Shown: in pieces, positions 52,130 to 64,000 of the stretch
Layout of the letters: each line of letters begins with the position of its first letter
Position numbering within the stretch: the stretch's first letter is position 1
Source of the DNA: Okamejei kenojei
Taxonomy: Eukaryota
DNA length: 64,000 nt
Direction of reading: 5' to 3'
NCBI GenBank assembly: GCA_035221665.1
Contig: CM069153.1
Coordinates: 33,914,001 to 33,978,000 of the forward strand
Notes under the pieces: generated by a model
Databases searched by the model: none
What the model was told of the DNA's origin: nothing
The model's input: the letters and a program-made list of their open reading frames with translations, nothing else
Translations under genes and position numbers: made by a program

Positions 52130-53399
52130 ATTAAATTATTTTTTCTGTAATATATTTATTATGGTGTCACATCAATACAGATGAACACACGATTCTGATT
52201 TCTGCCCTTAGTTGGATAACACACATCTCCAGTCATTGTGTTTTATGGCTGGCTCTCAGCTACATAAAACACAAACTCAGAATAGGTGATGTTTCGACCC
52301 GAAACATCACCTTTTCTTTCTCTCCAGAGATGCTGCCTGTCCTGCTGAGTTATTCCAGATTTTTGTGTCTATCTTCAGTTTAAACCACCATCTGTAGTTC
52401 CTTCCTATACTCTTTGTTAAGCGAAACAGGTCCTATTCTCATAATATTATTCACCTCAACTAAGTATTTTCTTCACCTCCGTTGCTATAGAGAATACAAT
52501 CCCAGTTATCAAATCTTTCTTCAAAGTGAAAAAAATAATTCCAGCCCTGCCAACATGTTCATAAATTGCCCCTGGATCCTCTCCAGAGCAATTGCACCCT
52601 TTCTACAATGCGTCATAGACTTACAGCATGGAAACAGGCCCTTCATCCCAACTTGTTCATGCAGATCGAGATGCCCCATCTAAACTAGTGCCATTTATCC
52701 GCATTTGGCCGATATCCCTTTAAACCTTGTGTGTGTCAGTGTGTGTTCGAGAGTGTAAGTGTCAGTAAAGCGGCGTCTACATCCGGAGTGAGCGGAGACT
52801 TGGCGATGTCCGGTGAGCATTTCCCTCTCTCCCGCCCCGGGAATGTGGGCCGGCTCAGGTGCTCTGTGTCCAGCTGGGGTCCGGGGTAGGTGAGGGACAG
52901 TGACCCGGGGGTCTGGGGGAGGTGAGGTTGACCCGGGGGTCCGGGGGACGTGAGGGTCAGTGGCCCGGGGGTCGGTCATCGGAGCGGAGCCTTGGCCCGA
53001 GATTCATCCCCACAGCTCCAGAGTCCAGTCCGCTCCTGGCTACGGGCCAGGGTTAAAACTCCATGGGTTGAGGACAGAGCGGCCACTGGACACAGAGCCG
53101 CCGGAGGTGAGGGTGGGAGGTGTGAGCAGTGCCTCGGGGGGTAGGGGGGGGGGGGGGGGGCGTCCGTGCTGGGACCACTTCCGTGTCTCACCTATCACAC
53201 CATTGCACGGGAATGTGAATGCGGGTGAGGCAGCATCTATGGAGCTGTAGACAAAAATGCTGGAGAAATGCTTGAGTCTGAAGAAGGGTCAAACTCAGCA
53301 TAGATGCTGCAGCATTTTCTCCAGCATTTTTGTCTACATTGCCCTTTTAAACAGTGTGCGATGGGCTTAAGCCAGTCAAATTGTTCTTTCTTTACCCAC

Positions 53400-53561
53400 C
53401 GACAGAAAACTATTCTCATTGGTGAGCGTGGAAGAGTGTGACTTTATTTTTATTTTTATTTTTTTTCGTGTTTTTTTAAACGTGAGAACTTCTGTCATCA
53501 GTGTGAGAATTTCATGAAATGCGTGACTCTCACGCTCAATGCGTGAGAGTTGGCAGCCCTG
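53400..53561. mobile_element. One terminus of a probable hAT-type DNA transposon
   Basis: Minus strand starts CAGGGCTGCCAACTCTCACGCATTGAGCGTGAGAG, a CAGGG(C/T)TGCCA-type TIR with a subterminal palindrome. The partner end was not found. Confidence 0.5.
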
Positions 53562-55611
53562 CAAAATGTCAGTGCCTAACCCTTGCTGGGTGTGAGCAGT
53601 TTCAGGGGTCGGTTGTGGGTGTCGGGGAAGAGTGGGAGATTGTTTAGTGACAAGTGGGCAATGATTAGAAGTTTCAAAAGTAAGTAAGAGATTTGCAGTA
53701 GAAATCACAGCAATCAAGTTGGTGTTCGCCTGGAATTGCCCAGTTAAGTTTCTGAAGTGACATGAAACAATTGGAATGTTTCACTTCAGATAAAGTTAAT
53801 TTTCAATTGCTTGATGCTGAAAAATTCAACATGATACAATCTGTTCAAAGAATGCTCAAAATAAAATTTATGACTTTTTTTTCATTTGGAAATGCTGCAT
53901 TCCATCCTACCCCATCTCATGAACAGATCACAATTGCTAAATATACTCTGTTGTTTCTTCGATCAACACACACGTCACCTGGGAGAACTCAAACATAGCA
54001 AGGCTATGCCCTTTGACCTCTTTCAAAACCTTTAGGCCAATGTCAAACTAATCTAAGCCATTCTAACCTTGACACTAAACCAAGCTTCTTATAGACTCCC
54101 AATGAACACAGCCTGACATAAAATGCTCACCTCAAATGATCCTGCTATTTTCTATTTCCCAGCAGATGCATGTTTAGCAATATCATTGCCATGTGCTGTT
54201 CCAGCAATAAATCATTGGTTTTAATATCTTTATTTTGACACATCATGCATTTCTGTTACCCATCAGCTCACACCCCCAATCTTGCCAGGCCTTGTTTACC
54301 AACTAGTTGGCCAGAAGATCAATTTAATACAGATTCCAATCCATGTTCATACTGTTCCTATACTTTTTTCTATGACCAACTACTTTGCTTTGGAAGTTAA
54401 CACAGCTCATTTCTTTGTTTCAGGCTTTTTCTTTTACTCGTTCTACTTTACTATTACATGAGATTATTTTAGTCCTTGTTCAACTGCATTTAATATACTT
54501 TAACTCAAATTCAATTAATAACAGTTGAAGAGTTACCACTGATTTTGAATAATCGATGAAAAATAAACATGAAAAATGACTCTTATTCCAACTGTAGGCA
54601 CATGCGCATGGAACTTATTACAAAATTGCATCCTGTATTTTTCTTTCCATTGTGTCATAACTAGAAACTCATAAGCTAGGAGTTGCACAATGTGCATATC
54701 TGGTGAAGGTACACTACAATCACCATTCCACGGTTCCTTGAATCTCATATGTACTTCTGTTCAAGCATTGTCAACTTTAATATTATTCATATTCTATTTC
54801 ATGTCTCTCTCAACTTCTCATGCCCATAATAAGATGAAAACAGAGCTATTAAGAGCTCTCGGTCTATGCTGAATCAACTGTAGGGTGGCAGTTACTTAAT
54901 TGAGATAGATTAATTAGTGTCCTTTGGCTGAGGAGGAATATTTCTCAGGGTTCCCATTATGATCCATATCCAAAGTGTTAAGCTATAAAACGCTTATGTA
55001 TATGGTGGATTTCACTCACAAATGAGATCAGGCCATCTACTGATCAAATAGTTAGGTGGTCGAGAATATAATGTCTGCATGAGCGACTTTAGGGTCCAAA
55101 TAACATTTTCTCTTCAAGATTGCTATTAGTTTTTGCATTGTTGAATTAGTTCATGGCAGAACCTGAAATTATGAGATAGAAGTCAAGATTTGCCAAGATT
55201 TAAGATTTGCAGGGTGAATTGAATTAAACAGCTGAGTGATAAAGCGTTTCCCGTTATTTAGCTCATATGGGAAACTTGCCTGATGCGGGAAAGCCAAATT
55301 ATAATACAGAATGCTAAATGTGAAAATTGTTTCATTTTGCTGAACTAAATTGATATTCCTCATCTTGGCAAACATGAACATTTCTAAGGAAATGGAGGGA
55401 AAAGAAGATAATCTCGATAATCATTGTTTGGATTAGTCTAATGGAACCTAATGGAATAAATGCACATTTCCTTTTGCATTTCTAACCTAAGTATGCAACG
55501 TTAATTTTATTGTGAAAGCCAAAGTTTTCCTTTGTCTAAAACAAAAGCATTTCGCAAAACCAAAATACCTCAGATTTTGGAAACAAAATGCTGGAATTAC
55601 ACTGCGGATCA

Positions 55612-56138
55612 AGCACATTAATTTGCGGAAGGACATCCTTGTGATTGAGGCAGTGCAGCGTATGTTCACGAGATTGATCCCTGGCATGGCGGGACTGTCA
55701 TATGAGGAATGATTGAAAAGACTAGGCTTGTATTCACGGGAGTTTAGAAGGATGAGGGGGGATCTTATGGAAACATATAAAATTATAAAAGGACTGGACA
55801 AGCTAGATGCAGGAAAAATGTTCCCAATGTTGGGTGAGTCCAGAACCAGGGGCCACAGTCTTAGAATAAAGGGCAGGTCATTTAAGACTGAGCTGAGAAA
55901 AAACTTCTTTACCCAGAGAATTCCCTGCCACAGAGGGCAGTCGAGGCCAAATCACTGAATGGATTTAAGAGAGAGTTGGATAGAGCTCTAGGGGCTAGTG
56001 GAGTCAAGGGATGTGGGGAGAAGGCTGGCACGGGTTATTGATAGCGGATGATCAGCCATGATCACAATGAATGACAGTGCTGGCTCGAAGGGCCGAATGG
56101 CCTCCTCCTGCACCTATTTTCTATGTTTCTATGTTTCT
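55612..56138 (+). mobile_element. CR1 LINE 3' fragment
   Basis: LRKDILVIEAVQRMFTRLIPGMAGLSYEE*LKRLGLYS...RTRGHSLRIKG; ends in (TTTCTATG)n tail. Confidence 0.9.
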
Positions 56139-56151
56139 AAACAGCACCTAA

Positions 56152-56690
56152 TTCAACGATTCAATGATGCTTTATGGTCACATGTACCTAGGTACAGTTA
56201 GATGCTTTGTTTTGCATACAACCCAGTAAAATCATATAGCACACCTCACCTAGGCAGTACACAAGTGTTGCCATGTGCCTGGTGCCGGCAAAGTTACAAA
56301 GTTCACTGAACAGTCCTATCTACTGCCTGCGGCACACGTGGCATTAGCTCCCCTTCCCGGCCCTCCTCGTTCTCCAGCCGCTATCCCTCAGCTCTCCGAC
56401 GGCCCTCCGACGGCCCTCCTCCCTCTCCGACAGCTCTCCTCCATCTCCAGTAGCCCTCTTCACTCTCGAACAGCCCTCCTCACTCTCCGACGGCTTACCT
56501 CACTATCCGACAGTCCCCTCGCTCTCGGCGGTTGCTCGAGGGTCCCTCCTCGCTCTCGCAGAGCGGATCCCATTGATGTTCACGGTGGGCGAGCCGAGCC
56601 GACTGGAGGGCTTCGCCCCACTTGCCGGGGACATTCCCTGTGTGCTGCTCAGCGGGAAAGGAGAGAATGGCCTTTTGATTCTGTCAAAGG
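56152..56690 (-). repeat. Interspersed repeat, homologous to 20355-20540
   Basis: Both share gattcaatgat.ctttat.gtcacatgtacc.aggtacagt...gcatacaaccc...cacct a.gcagt.cacaagtgttgcc...caaagttacaaa...ctactgcctgc. Confidence 0.65.
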
Positions 56691-59434
56691 TCATTGACCT
56701 GAAATATTAATGTATTTTTCTCCACAGATGTTGCCTGACCTGCTGAGAAGTTACATTAATTTTTTCATTTTAATTATTCATTTTGTACTTGTGATGCTCA
56801 GTCATAAGAAATTACACTGGGGCCATCCAGACATGATGCCAACAGACAGGAACTTGTTTTATGATATACGAATTAATTTTATCCAGAAAAAAAGATCAGT
56901 TACTGTATTGAAAATATAATAACATTTTTATTCTTTAGTGCTTTGAAGAAATGCGTTACAATTTGATTTACTTGCTTTATTATTTTTTTACACTCCTGTG
57001 ATATTCTTCCCTTTTCTTTTGTGTGTGTCCAACAGTCTTTAATTTCTTTTCACCAGAGGTCTTTCGTTAATATACTTGTCCACCACCGAAACTCATGTTG
57101 TTAACCCATTGCACACCCTCTCCCACTCACAATATGGCAACCTCACCATCATCATCACCATTGCACCTCTGCTGACTTGCCTCCCTTATATTTTGATGCT
57201 GTTTTACTTGAAGTTCGCATTAACACTGGGTCTTTCCACTTCCTTAGGATTAATGGATGTATGCATGAGAGTTGACACGCTTTTCACCAAACTTTATTAG
57301 ATTTTGAATCTATTATGCTTCGATTTACATGCAAAAAATTCTAATCAGCATTTTAAATAATTATTCATAAAATGTATGATCATTGTCAAAAAAAAACTAC
57401 GCTGGCAGGTTTGTCCACTAATTCAGTTGAATAAAGGAAACACACCTGGCAAAAATCAATGAACAGGAGAGCCATTAAAATGTGTGAAGAATGAGGATAA
57501 TTTTGAGTTTGTGTAGTCATGCACAAAAGGTGGCACTGGTTCACATGCCTGCAATACATTCTTTCTCAATTTTCATTTCCATTTCAGTTGCACAGATCCA
57601 TAATAGGCTGTCGAATGCATCAGCACACTTATGTTCAAAGTGACAATTATCCCTCAATGGACCTCACATCTAAGGTTCTGCGAGAAAATGACTCACATCC
57701 CTGGCAAGCATGCTCTTACATAAATAAGAATATGGCATTGCGTTATCTCATTAATTCAGTATGTTATGCACTGCCCATTGGCGCTAAGTCACACAGAACA
57801 AGATCTCTGTCTCAGCAAAGTTAAATTGTGATGATGATAAACTAGGCATCGGTGCACCAGAGAGAAGAAAGAAATTTAGTCAAGCTTAGCATTGATTTCT
57901 ACAGAGTGACCTGGACTAAGAACTGTGTGTGAGCACCATGTGAAGAACAAGGACACATTTAACTACAGCTTCAACTCTCCTGAACAGTACTTTGCCGAAG
58001 GTACTCGGTGTTCTTTTATAAGATGAATAGCATCTAGAGTAGCTTGCTGAAGGTTTTGAATCCTAGCCATAAAAAAACATATAAGGGAGATACTTAAAGA
58101 AAAAAATGATAGAGGTTTAAAACAGACAAGCTGGCAATTTGGTGATATGCTCATAGAATTGTGGCCTCCTTGGAGGCCTCTGAATTTAAAAGCAAGAATC
58201 TAGTCAGACAGTTTAAGGCTTCCTCTTTATCTTTCTGTCACCACCCCCAAAGAGCATGTCCTTGATTGCACCTGATTCCACCTGTGTCCAGAATTGTGCA
58301 TCGATTGGCAGTTTTGGGGCAGTCAGCCCCATTCCAGATATGGTAAACAGGAATGGCTGTCCAGAGGAGCAACTAGAATTTCCGCCACATTCACACTACT
58401 CATTTTACAACCCTTTGTTTTTTTGGTTTTCAAATTTAACCATAAAGGGTACAGAAATGCTCTTGGGTGACAACCTCTGCTTGACCGCATCTACTGGAGG
58501 TTAAGCACTTTGCCATATCCTGGGTCTAGTTGGTGTAAAGGAACGAACATTTAGTGCAATAGCCCTAGGCTCTTTCTCCTCACTTTGGAACTTCATGCCT
58601 TCATTAGAGAGAAAAACTATTTTTCCCCTTCCCTTCATGATACTTGATGGCAGGTCAGCAAGTGCAGGAGTGCTGGATGAATGGTAAATTGCAGGATATG
58701 CTGAAAAAACGTAGGTGCTGCATTTACTTTGTAACCAGTTAAAGTTTTTTAGAGACGGGAGTTGGTCAGGAAACTACTCTGGACAAAAGGGGATGAAGGT
58801 TACAGTCATTATTGCGTTGAATCAAAGGTAAAGGTTGCCAATTTCATGGAGGTAAAAGTAGGTGGTTTTCAGATGATGAGAATGCATCTCAGGAAGTCAG
58901 CTTGAGACCAAATGCGATTATTGTGATATTCATTGTTCCTGTGCCTCGCCATACTTGTGCATATGGCAATAAACTTGGCCAGATTTTATGAACAGTCTGC
59001 TTTGGTGGAAATGGCAGCTCAGAAAGGGAAGAGTATTGGCAGAAAGGGTGCAGAATTACTTTTTTACGAAAAGCAGTGAAGCAAAAGTCTTTTATTACCA
59101 AAAGCAGAGAAGCTTGTCTAGACTTGATATTGAATAATGAGCATTGGAGAGGTCATGATGAGCTGTAACATAAATATAAATTTAGAATCAGACCTTCTGC
59201 ATTCTGTTGTAGCTGAGCATCAGTGTATAGTCCAAGAAGTGATGTATGACAAGGAAAGTGATGTAAAGAGACGCCAGTTTGGGGAATGTTATGACGATGA
59301 TTGCACAGTTAAAAATAGAATGAACCAAGAATAGATCTACTAAGTTGTACAGTAGAAGAAAGACTTTGGAGGAAGATAATTTCTAGGTTGTCAAAAGTTG
59401 CAACTGTGTCAAAGAAAATTATAAGGAAAAAAGA

Positions 59435-59655
59435 TGCAAAATGTTGGGAGTAACTCAGAGGTCAGGCAGCATTTCTGAAGAACATGGGTAGGTGACGTAT
59501 CAGGTCGGGATCGTTCTTCAGATGAGTCTGCAGGAGGATCCCAACCTGGAACATCACCTCTCCATGCTCTCCAGAAATGTTGCCTGACCCGCTGAGTTAC
59601 TCCAGCACTTTGTGTGTTTTTTTTTTAGTAAACCAGCATCTGCAGTTCCTTGTAT
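59435..59655. mobile_element. Penelope-type inverted-pair repeat, diverged
   Basis: gagtaactcag..ggtcaggcagcat ... tgcctgacccgctgagttactccagc inverted arms. Further copies lie near 1864, 8590, 23195, 47385, 49621, 50375, 52275, 53222 and 56695. Confidence 0.65.
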
Positions 59656-60863
59656 CTGGAAAATCATAAGGAACATTATTTGACAGAGAACATGTTTAAG
59701 AACTGCAGTGGTTGTAGAAATTAGAAATGAGATAGAAGTCTGCAAGTTTAATTTTAAGAGATGGTGATTTTTTTTAATAAGGACAGATTTATAATGTGTG
59801 CTGAAATAAGGACCAGCAAGCAAATTTGTTAGTTTGCAATTTAGTGGGGGTGGATTCAAGAATTTAATGCCTCACGACAAGCTGTCCACAGAGAGGACGT
59901 GAGACCAAAGGGAATAGAAAATGAAACGGTTTAGGGCCAGAACTTGCACAGAGGGGTGCCTGGGTGAAATGTTTGGTATTGTGGATAAAGGGATGTAGCA
60001 GGGGCTCCTTAATGCCAGAGGATTGTGATATTGTCATGGAGTGGAATTATCTGGCATTATCTTGGTAGGTGGAATATTCTGGGTGCCTCTGGTTCAAATT
60101 CAATTGCTGTGGCTCAGCCAGAAATAATGATGGATTTATAAACTAGTTATGGAAAAAGGTTTCAGGAGGCCATTCATGTGAAATGCAAGGCCATAACTTT
60201 GCTCAATCTTGCAACATTGGTTAAGTGGGTGAATAGGTTTCACTTTCACCAGTTGGACACCGTAGCAGAAAAGCAGATTGTTCTCCCAACACTCTGACAA
60301 CCCCCAGCCAGTCACACAGGGAATCATGCAGCTAAACACCCAGGGGAACTGCTCCACTCTCTGACAAGGAAGGTGGAAATTACCACCAATCTCCAAAGTA
60401 GCTCCAAAGTGACTCTCGTACTTTTCCCACAGCCTACGTCATTTATCACCCTCCTGCGTTCTCATTCATTCTCTTACAGGCAAAGTTTTACATCAAGCTT
60501 CCCAATATTTGGGAATATTTTGTTTCATCGTGAACACAAAATTATGATCACTCTACCTTGCAAACTTTTGAATGGTCAAAATCCCTAATTTCTAGTCAGT
60601 TATGCCCAGTAAAATCACACAGTGCCTATATTGTTATTGTTCATTTATTGTTCATTTAGTACATTAATCAATACTGATAAACATGTTAAATTAAACACAG
60701 GTGTGTAACTCACTGAACTTTTAAGATTTGTGCAAAATTATTTAGGTGCCATTTTTCAGATTATCTAGCAGGGCACCAACACAGATTTAACGTGTTTAAT
60801 TATACTAACTTACGTTATCCTGTTCTGTTCCTCCCTCACCCCACAATTTAACATCCAACTTAG

Positions 60864-61712
60864 GTCGCTGTAACAAATGACTCTCTGGATCCACTGTATA
60901 TGGAGTCTAAGGAAAATTTGCAGATACAGCCTAATAATGAACCTTCGTCCTTGAATGTGTCTGTGCCCTGTGTGTCTGCTGTACAACCGTCTATGGTGTT
61001 AGTGCCTGCCTCACCCAACTCACCAACCAAACACAGTGTCCACATCCAACAACACAGCCATAACCAGAGAAACATTACTAATTATGTGACTTCCCCACGT
61101 CACTTTCGGAACCCGTTCAGGGAACTCCCTGACTCAGCAGACCAGGAAGTCTCACAAATCAACAGCAACAAGAGAGCTGCCAAACCTCCCGTATGCCCCC
61201 CACTACCCACAAAAATCTGCAGCAGCACAGGAAATCTCACGATGAAGGACATCAAAAAGTTCTACAGTGTGGATGCGCAAGGATTCTTGGCCAAGCCCAC
61301 ATCGTGGTTAAATGATCTTCGGAGACATTCAATTGAGATCTGCTCATCTGTTGAAGCAAGTCCTCAGCACCGTTTGTCCTCATCATCATGTTATGCCGTT
61401 GGCCAGGCAGAGTCTGAACAGGAGAGTAGCGTGCAAGTAGTGCGACAAAAGCAGAAAATGAGTCCTCCCTGCATTTCTATAGACCCGCCAGAGGGCCTGC
61501 GCACTACACTGCAAGGAACTCACGGACAATTGTCTTCTAGTGACATGTGCTTGAGAAGGCGTGCTCCATCTTGTGACTCAGCGCTTCACAGGGACTCTGT
61601 TGACCTTGGAGACCCACCGCCTCCAGAAACCACGCCAGCCTCAACATCCCCGACGAGGGATTTGCTGACTCTTCCCAGTTTTTCCCTGGATCAGACTGAG
61701 ACTGACCATTGA
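60864..61712 (+). CDS. CACNA1G: Cav3.1 terminal coding exon (exon 38 equivalent) to stop
   Basis: caacttag|GTC. VAVTNDSLD... continues into ORF 60900..61712 with DIKKFYSVD, SWLNDLRRHSI, MSPPCISIDPP and CLRRRAPS motifs; stop TGA at 61710-61712. Confidence 0.92.
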   Translation, partial: VAVTNDSLDPLYMESKENLQIQPNNEPSSLNVSVPCVSAVQPSMVLVPASPNSPTKHSVHIQQHSHNQRNITNYVTSPRHFRNPFRELPDSADQEVSQINSNKRAAKPPVCPPLPTKICSSTGNLTMKDIKKFYSVDAQGFLAKPTSWLNDLRRHSIEICSSVEASPQHRLSSSSCYAVGQAESEQESSVQVVRQKQKMSPPCISIDPPEGLRTTLQGTHGQLSSSDMCLRRRAPSCDSALHRDSVDLGDPPPPETTPASTSPTRDLLTLPSFSLDQTETDH

Positions 61713-62218
61713 ACGAGAGTGTTCGTTTGTTTTTGTTGCCAAAAAAAAAAACAATTTATTTTCCATTCCTAACATCAACAAAAATATCTGCATTTTGACA
61801 GGCACTGGAGGTCAAGCCCCCATCAACACCCTTTACCCCATCCAGACAGTCACCAAGGGTATGGAGCCCTCACAATGCTGCTCTGCCTTGCAGTCAAGCA
61901 GATGGTTTTGACTGACCACTTAGTCCAGTGCAGTGGAGCGTCACTTTTTTAAACGTACAAGGGTATTTTCATTTGAAATTGGATGTAATACATCAAGTGG
62001 CAATATTTTCTCAAAAACTTCCAGAACATTCCAAAGTTTACTTTGGATCTCAGATTGGGACGTTAACGATGGGCCTGCTATCAGCATTCCCAGAATGTTT
62101 TAAGGTGTTAATTGAAGCTAATTTAAAGTCCAATGAATTGATCTGGACATTTTCTTTATTCCCTTTAAGGCATAAAGCAAAGATCCAGTCATTAATATAT
62201 TTAGAAAATATATATATA

Positions 62219-62257
62219 AATAAAGTAACATGCAATATTTACTCAGTCTGTGTGCTT
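62219..62257 (+). terminator. Candidate polyadenylation signal in the CACNA1G 3' UTR
   Basis: First AATAAA seen after the stop (62219-62224), followed by a GT-rich element (gtctgtgtgctt). Further AATAAA occur at 62971, 63539 and 63649. The site actually used is unknown. Confidence 0.4.
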
Positions 62258-64000
62258 AAGTGAAATTATTGGTGCCTGGTATCAAAAAATGGCACTCCAC
62301 TGTAACCATGACTCTTATGGTCATCTCAGCTTGTAAAAGATGGCATAAGCATGAGACAATATTAAAATGTGGTTGCTGTTATCGGTTTTAGTTATGTTGC
62401 AGGGTCCTATTGTTTCCAGAGTTTATTCCCCAATCTCATTTTTACCTATTTATTTATTAATTGGTTTGCTCCTTGGAACATTGGTTGAATTTTAGCTACT
62501 CGTATTAGTTTGGTAAATTGACGGCATTTACATTTTAAAAGATTCAAATGAACCTGACGCTTCTTAAACCATACTGACTGTAGGCACTCTCACGGTTCTA
62601 AGGAATTATTCTGCAATTTTTTTCCCCAAATTTAATGGTTCTCCAGTCGTTAACATGAACTCAGCACATTTCAGTTCATATGGATGTTATTGTGCAGAGA
62701 GATATGTTTGCAAAAGTGTGTGGAGATAGTGCCATCAAATGGCCATCGCTAAATCATGACGGGAGCCTGTATTAGATATATTGAAAAATTCCACTCACGG
62801 TTAACACTGGAAAATATAATAACCCTAGTCATTTGAATTTATTTTAAAGTTTTAAATAGTTGCCCAAATCAGTAAATTATCTAACTCAGCATCTTCTGCA
62901 CATTGGAAAATATATCTTCATTTACCAAGCATCATTCACTACTTTCCATGTCCAGGGTTTTGTAGGAATTAATAAAGGAGGGGAGAGGGTGGAATTCTAA
63001 AAGTTAATAATTATGGCTGGTAGCCCTTTAAAATACCCACTGCTTTAAAAATTATTTCTCGAATTCAATCTCACAGCCAGCTTGTAAGGCATGGTGAAGG
63101 TTTCTGATATTCCAGGTAATGGCATCTCTTTCAGCAATGCTGTCCACACATACCCAGTCAGGATGGAACCTCATGCATCACTATTTCTATTACCAAATAA
63201 ATATTTATCGTCAAAACATGGAATTGTGCAGAATAGGAGTGCAATTAATTGCAGAAAGAGTATCAAATTTCCAAGTGAGGATTTTTATTGTCAATATTTA
63301 AGAAGCATTAATTATTCTTATTTTTGTGAGTGCTGCTGCACACATCCAATTAAAGACCTCTGAATGTTTCAAAGAAATACATTACTGGGTAAATTCCCAC
63401 AACGGTTTCAGCCATATTGTTCATGCCATCTAGCGAGTCTATGATTAAATGCAATGTCTCCAGTGGAAATCAGCCAAAACTTCCAAATAATGGAACAACT
63501 TGAATTGAAACACAAAGGCCTTTAACATTGACTGCTTAAATAAAAGATCTAAGTTTTCGGTCATCTCATCTGAGGCAATCAGGCCATATTGAAATTACAC
63601 CAAGCATCTTATAGGAGTTGATAAATTGTGGTACTACAGATGACAAATAATAAATTGTTCTGTTGTTGTCCAATATATGGAGCAGTATATAAGTCCCTCA
63701 GTTTCTTAGGGCACATACCCAGCCAATGACTGTCCAGTGCTATTTGTGTGCGCGCTCTTTGAGAACATTTTACATTGTACCTTCATAGCTCAATCACATT
63801 GATTAAGTTAGTTCAAAGCACACCAGCACTTTAACGTTGCAGATCACTGTATGCATTCTGAGTGATACAGTGATCTTTACCATTGCTAGTTTGTGTGTGC
63901 ATGGGTGGGTGAGTGTATGTGAGTAAATGTATAATCATTTGTCAGTATACTGTAGGTTATCCATCTACAGCTATTGCACATATATTATAGGACCATTTTT

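Noticed and set aside
14024-61712. Assignment to CACNA1H or CACNA1I
   Set aside because: [40 protein letters not shown] and IPLAEMEA are Cav3.1-type, despite some paralogue-like tail motifs.

Overview
This is eukaryotic, AT-rich genomic DNA. The repeat content (HE1-like V-SINEs, CR1/HER1-like LINEs, abundant Penelope-type short repeats) suggests a cartilaginous fish, probably a skate or ray; this is inferred. The window holds the 3' part of a T-type voltage-gated calcium channel alpha1 gene on the + strand, best matching CACNA1G/Cav3.1. Twelve GT-AG exons (equivalent to human exons 27-38) splice in frame from the end of the III-IV linker through domain IV and the C-terminal tail to a TGA at 61710-61712, followed by 3' UTR. 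The introns contain a nearly intact 1608-bp Tc1 (DD34E) transposon, a young 5'-truncated LINE with an open ORF2 end, CR1 fragments, V-SINEs and Penelope ORF remnants. They also contain about 15 short Penelope-derived inserts, several with a minimal hammerhead-ribozyme-like core, many arranged as inverted pairs and some with 13-17 bp target-site duplications. The most notable points are these ribozyme-motif inserts inside the channel pre-mRNA, ancestral Cav3.2/Cav3.3-like motifs in this Cav3.1 tail, a D-to-N change in the domain IV S4-S5 linker, and candidate unannotated cassette exons. All family assignments are from recalled motifs, not database searches.
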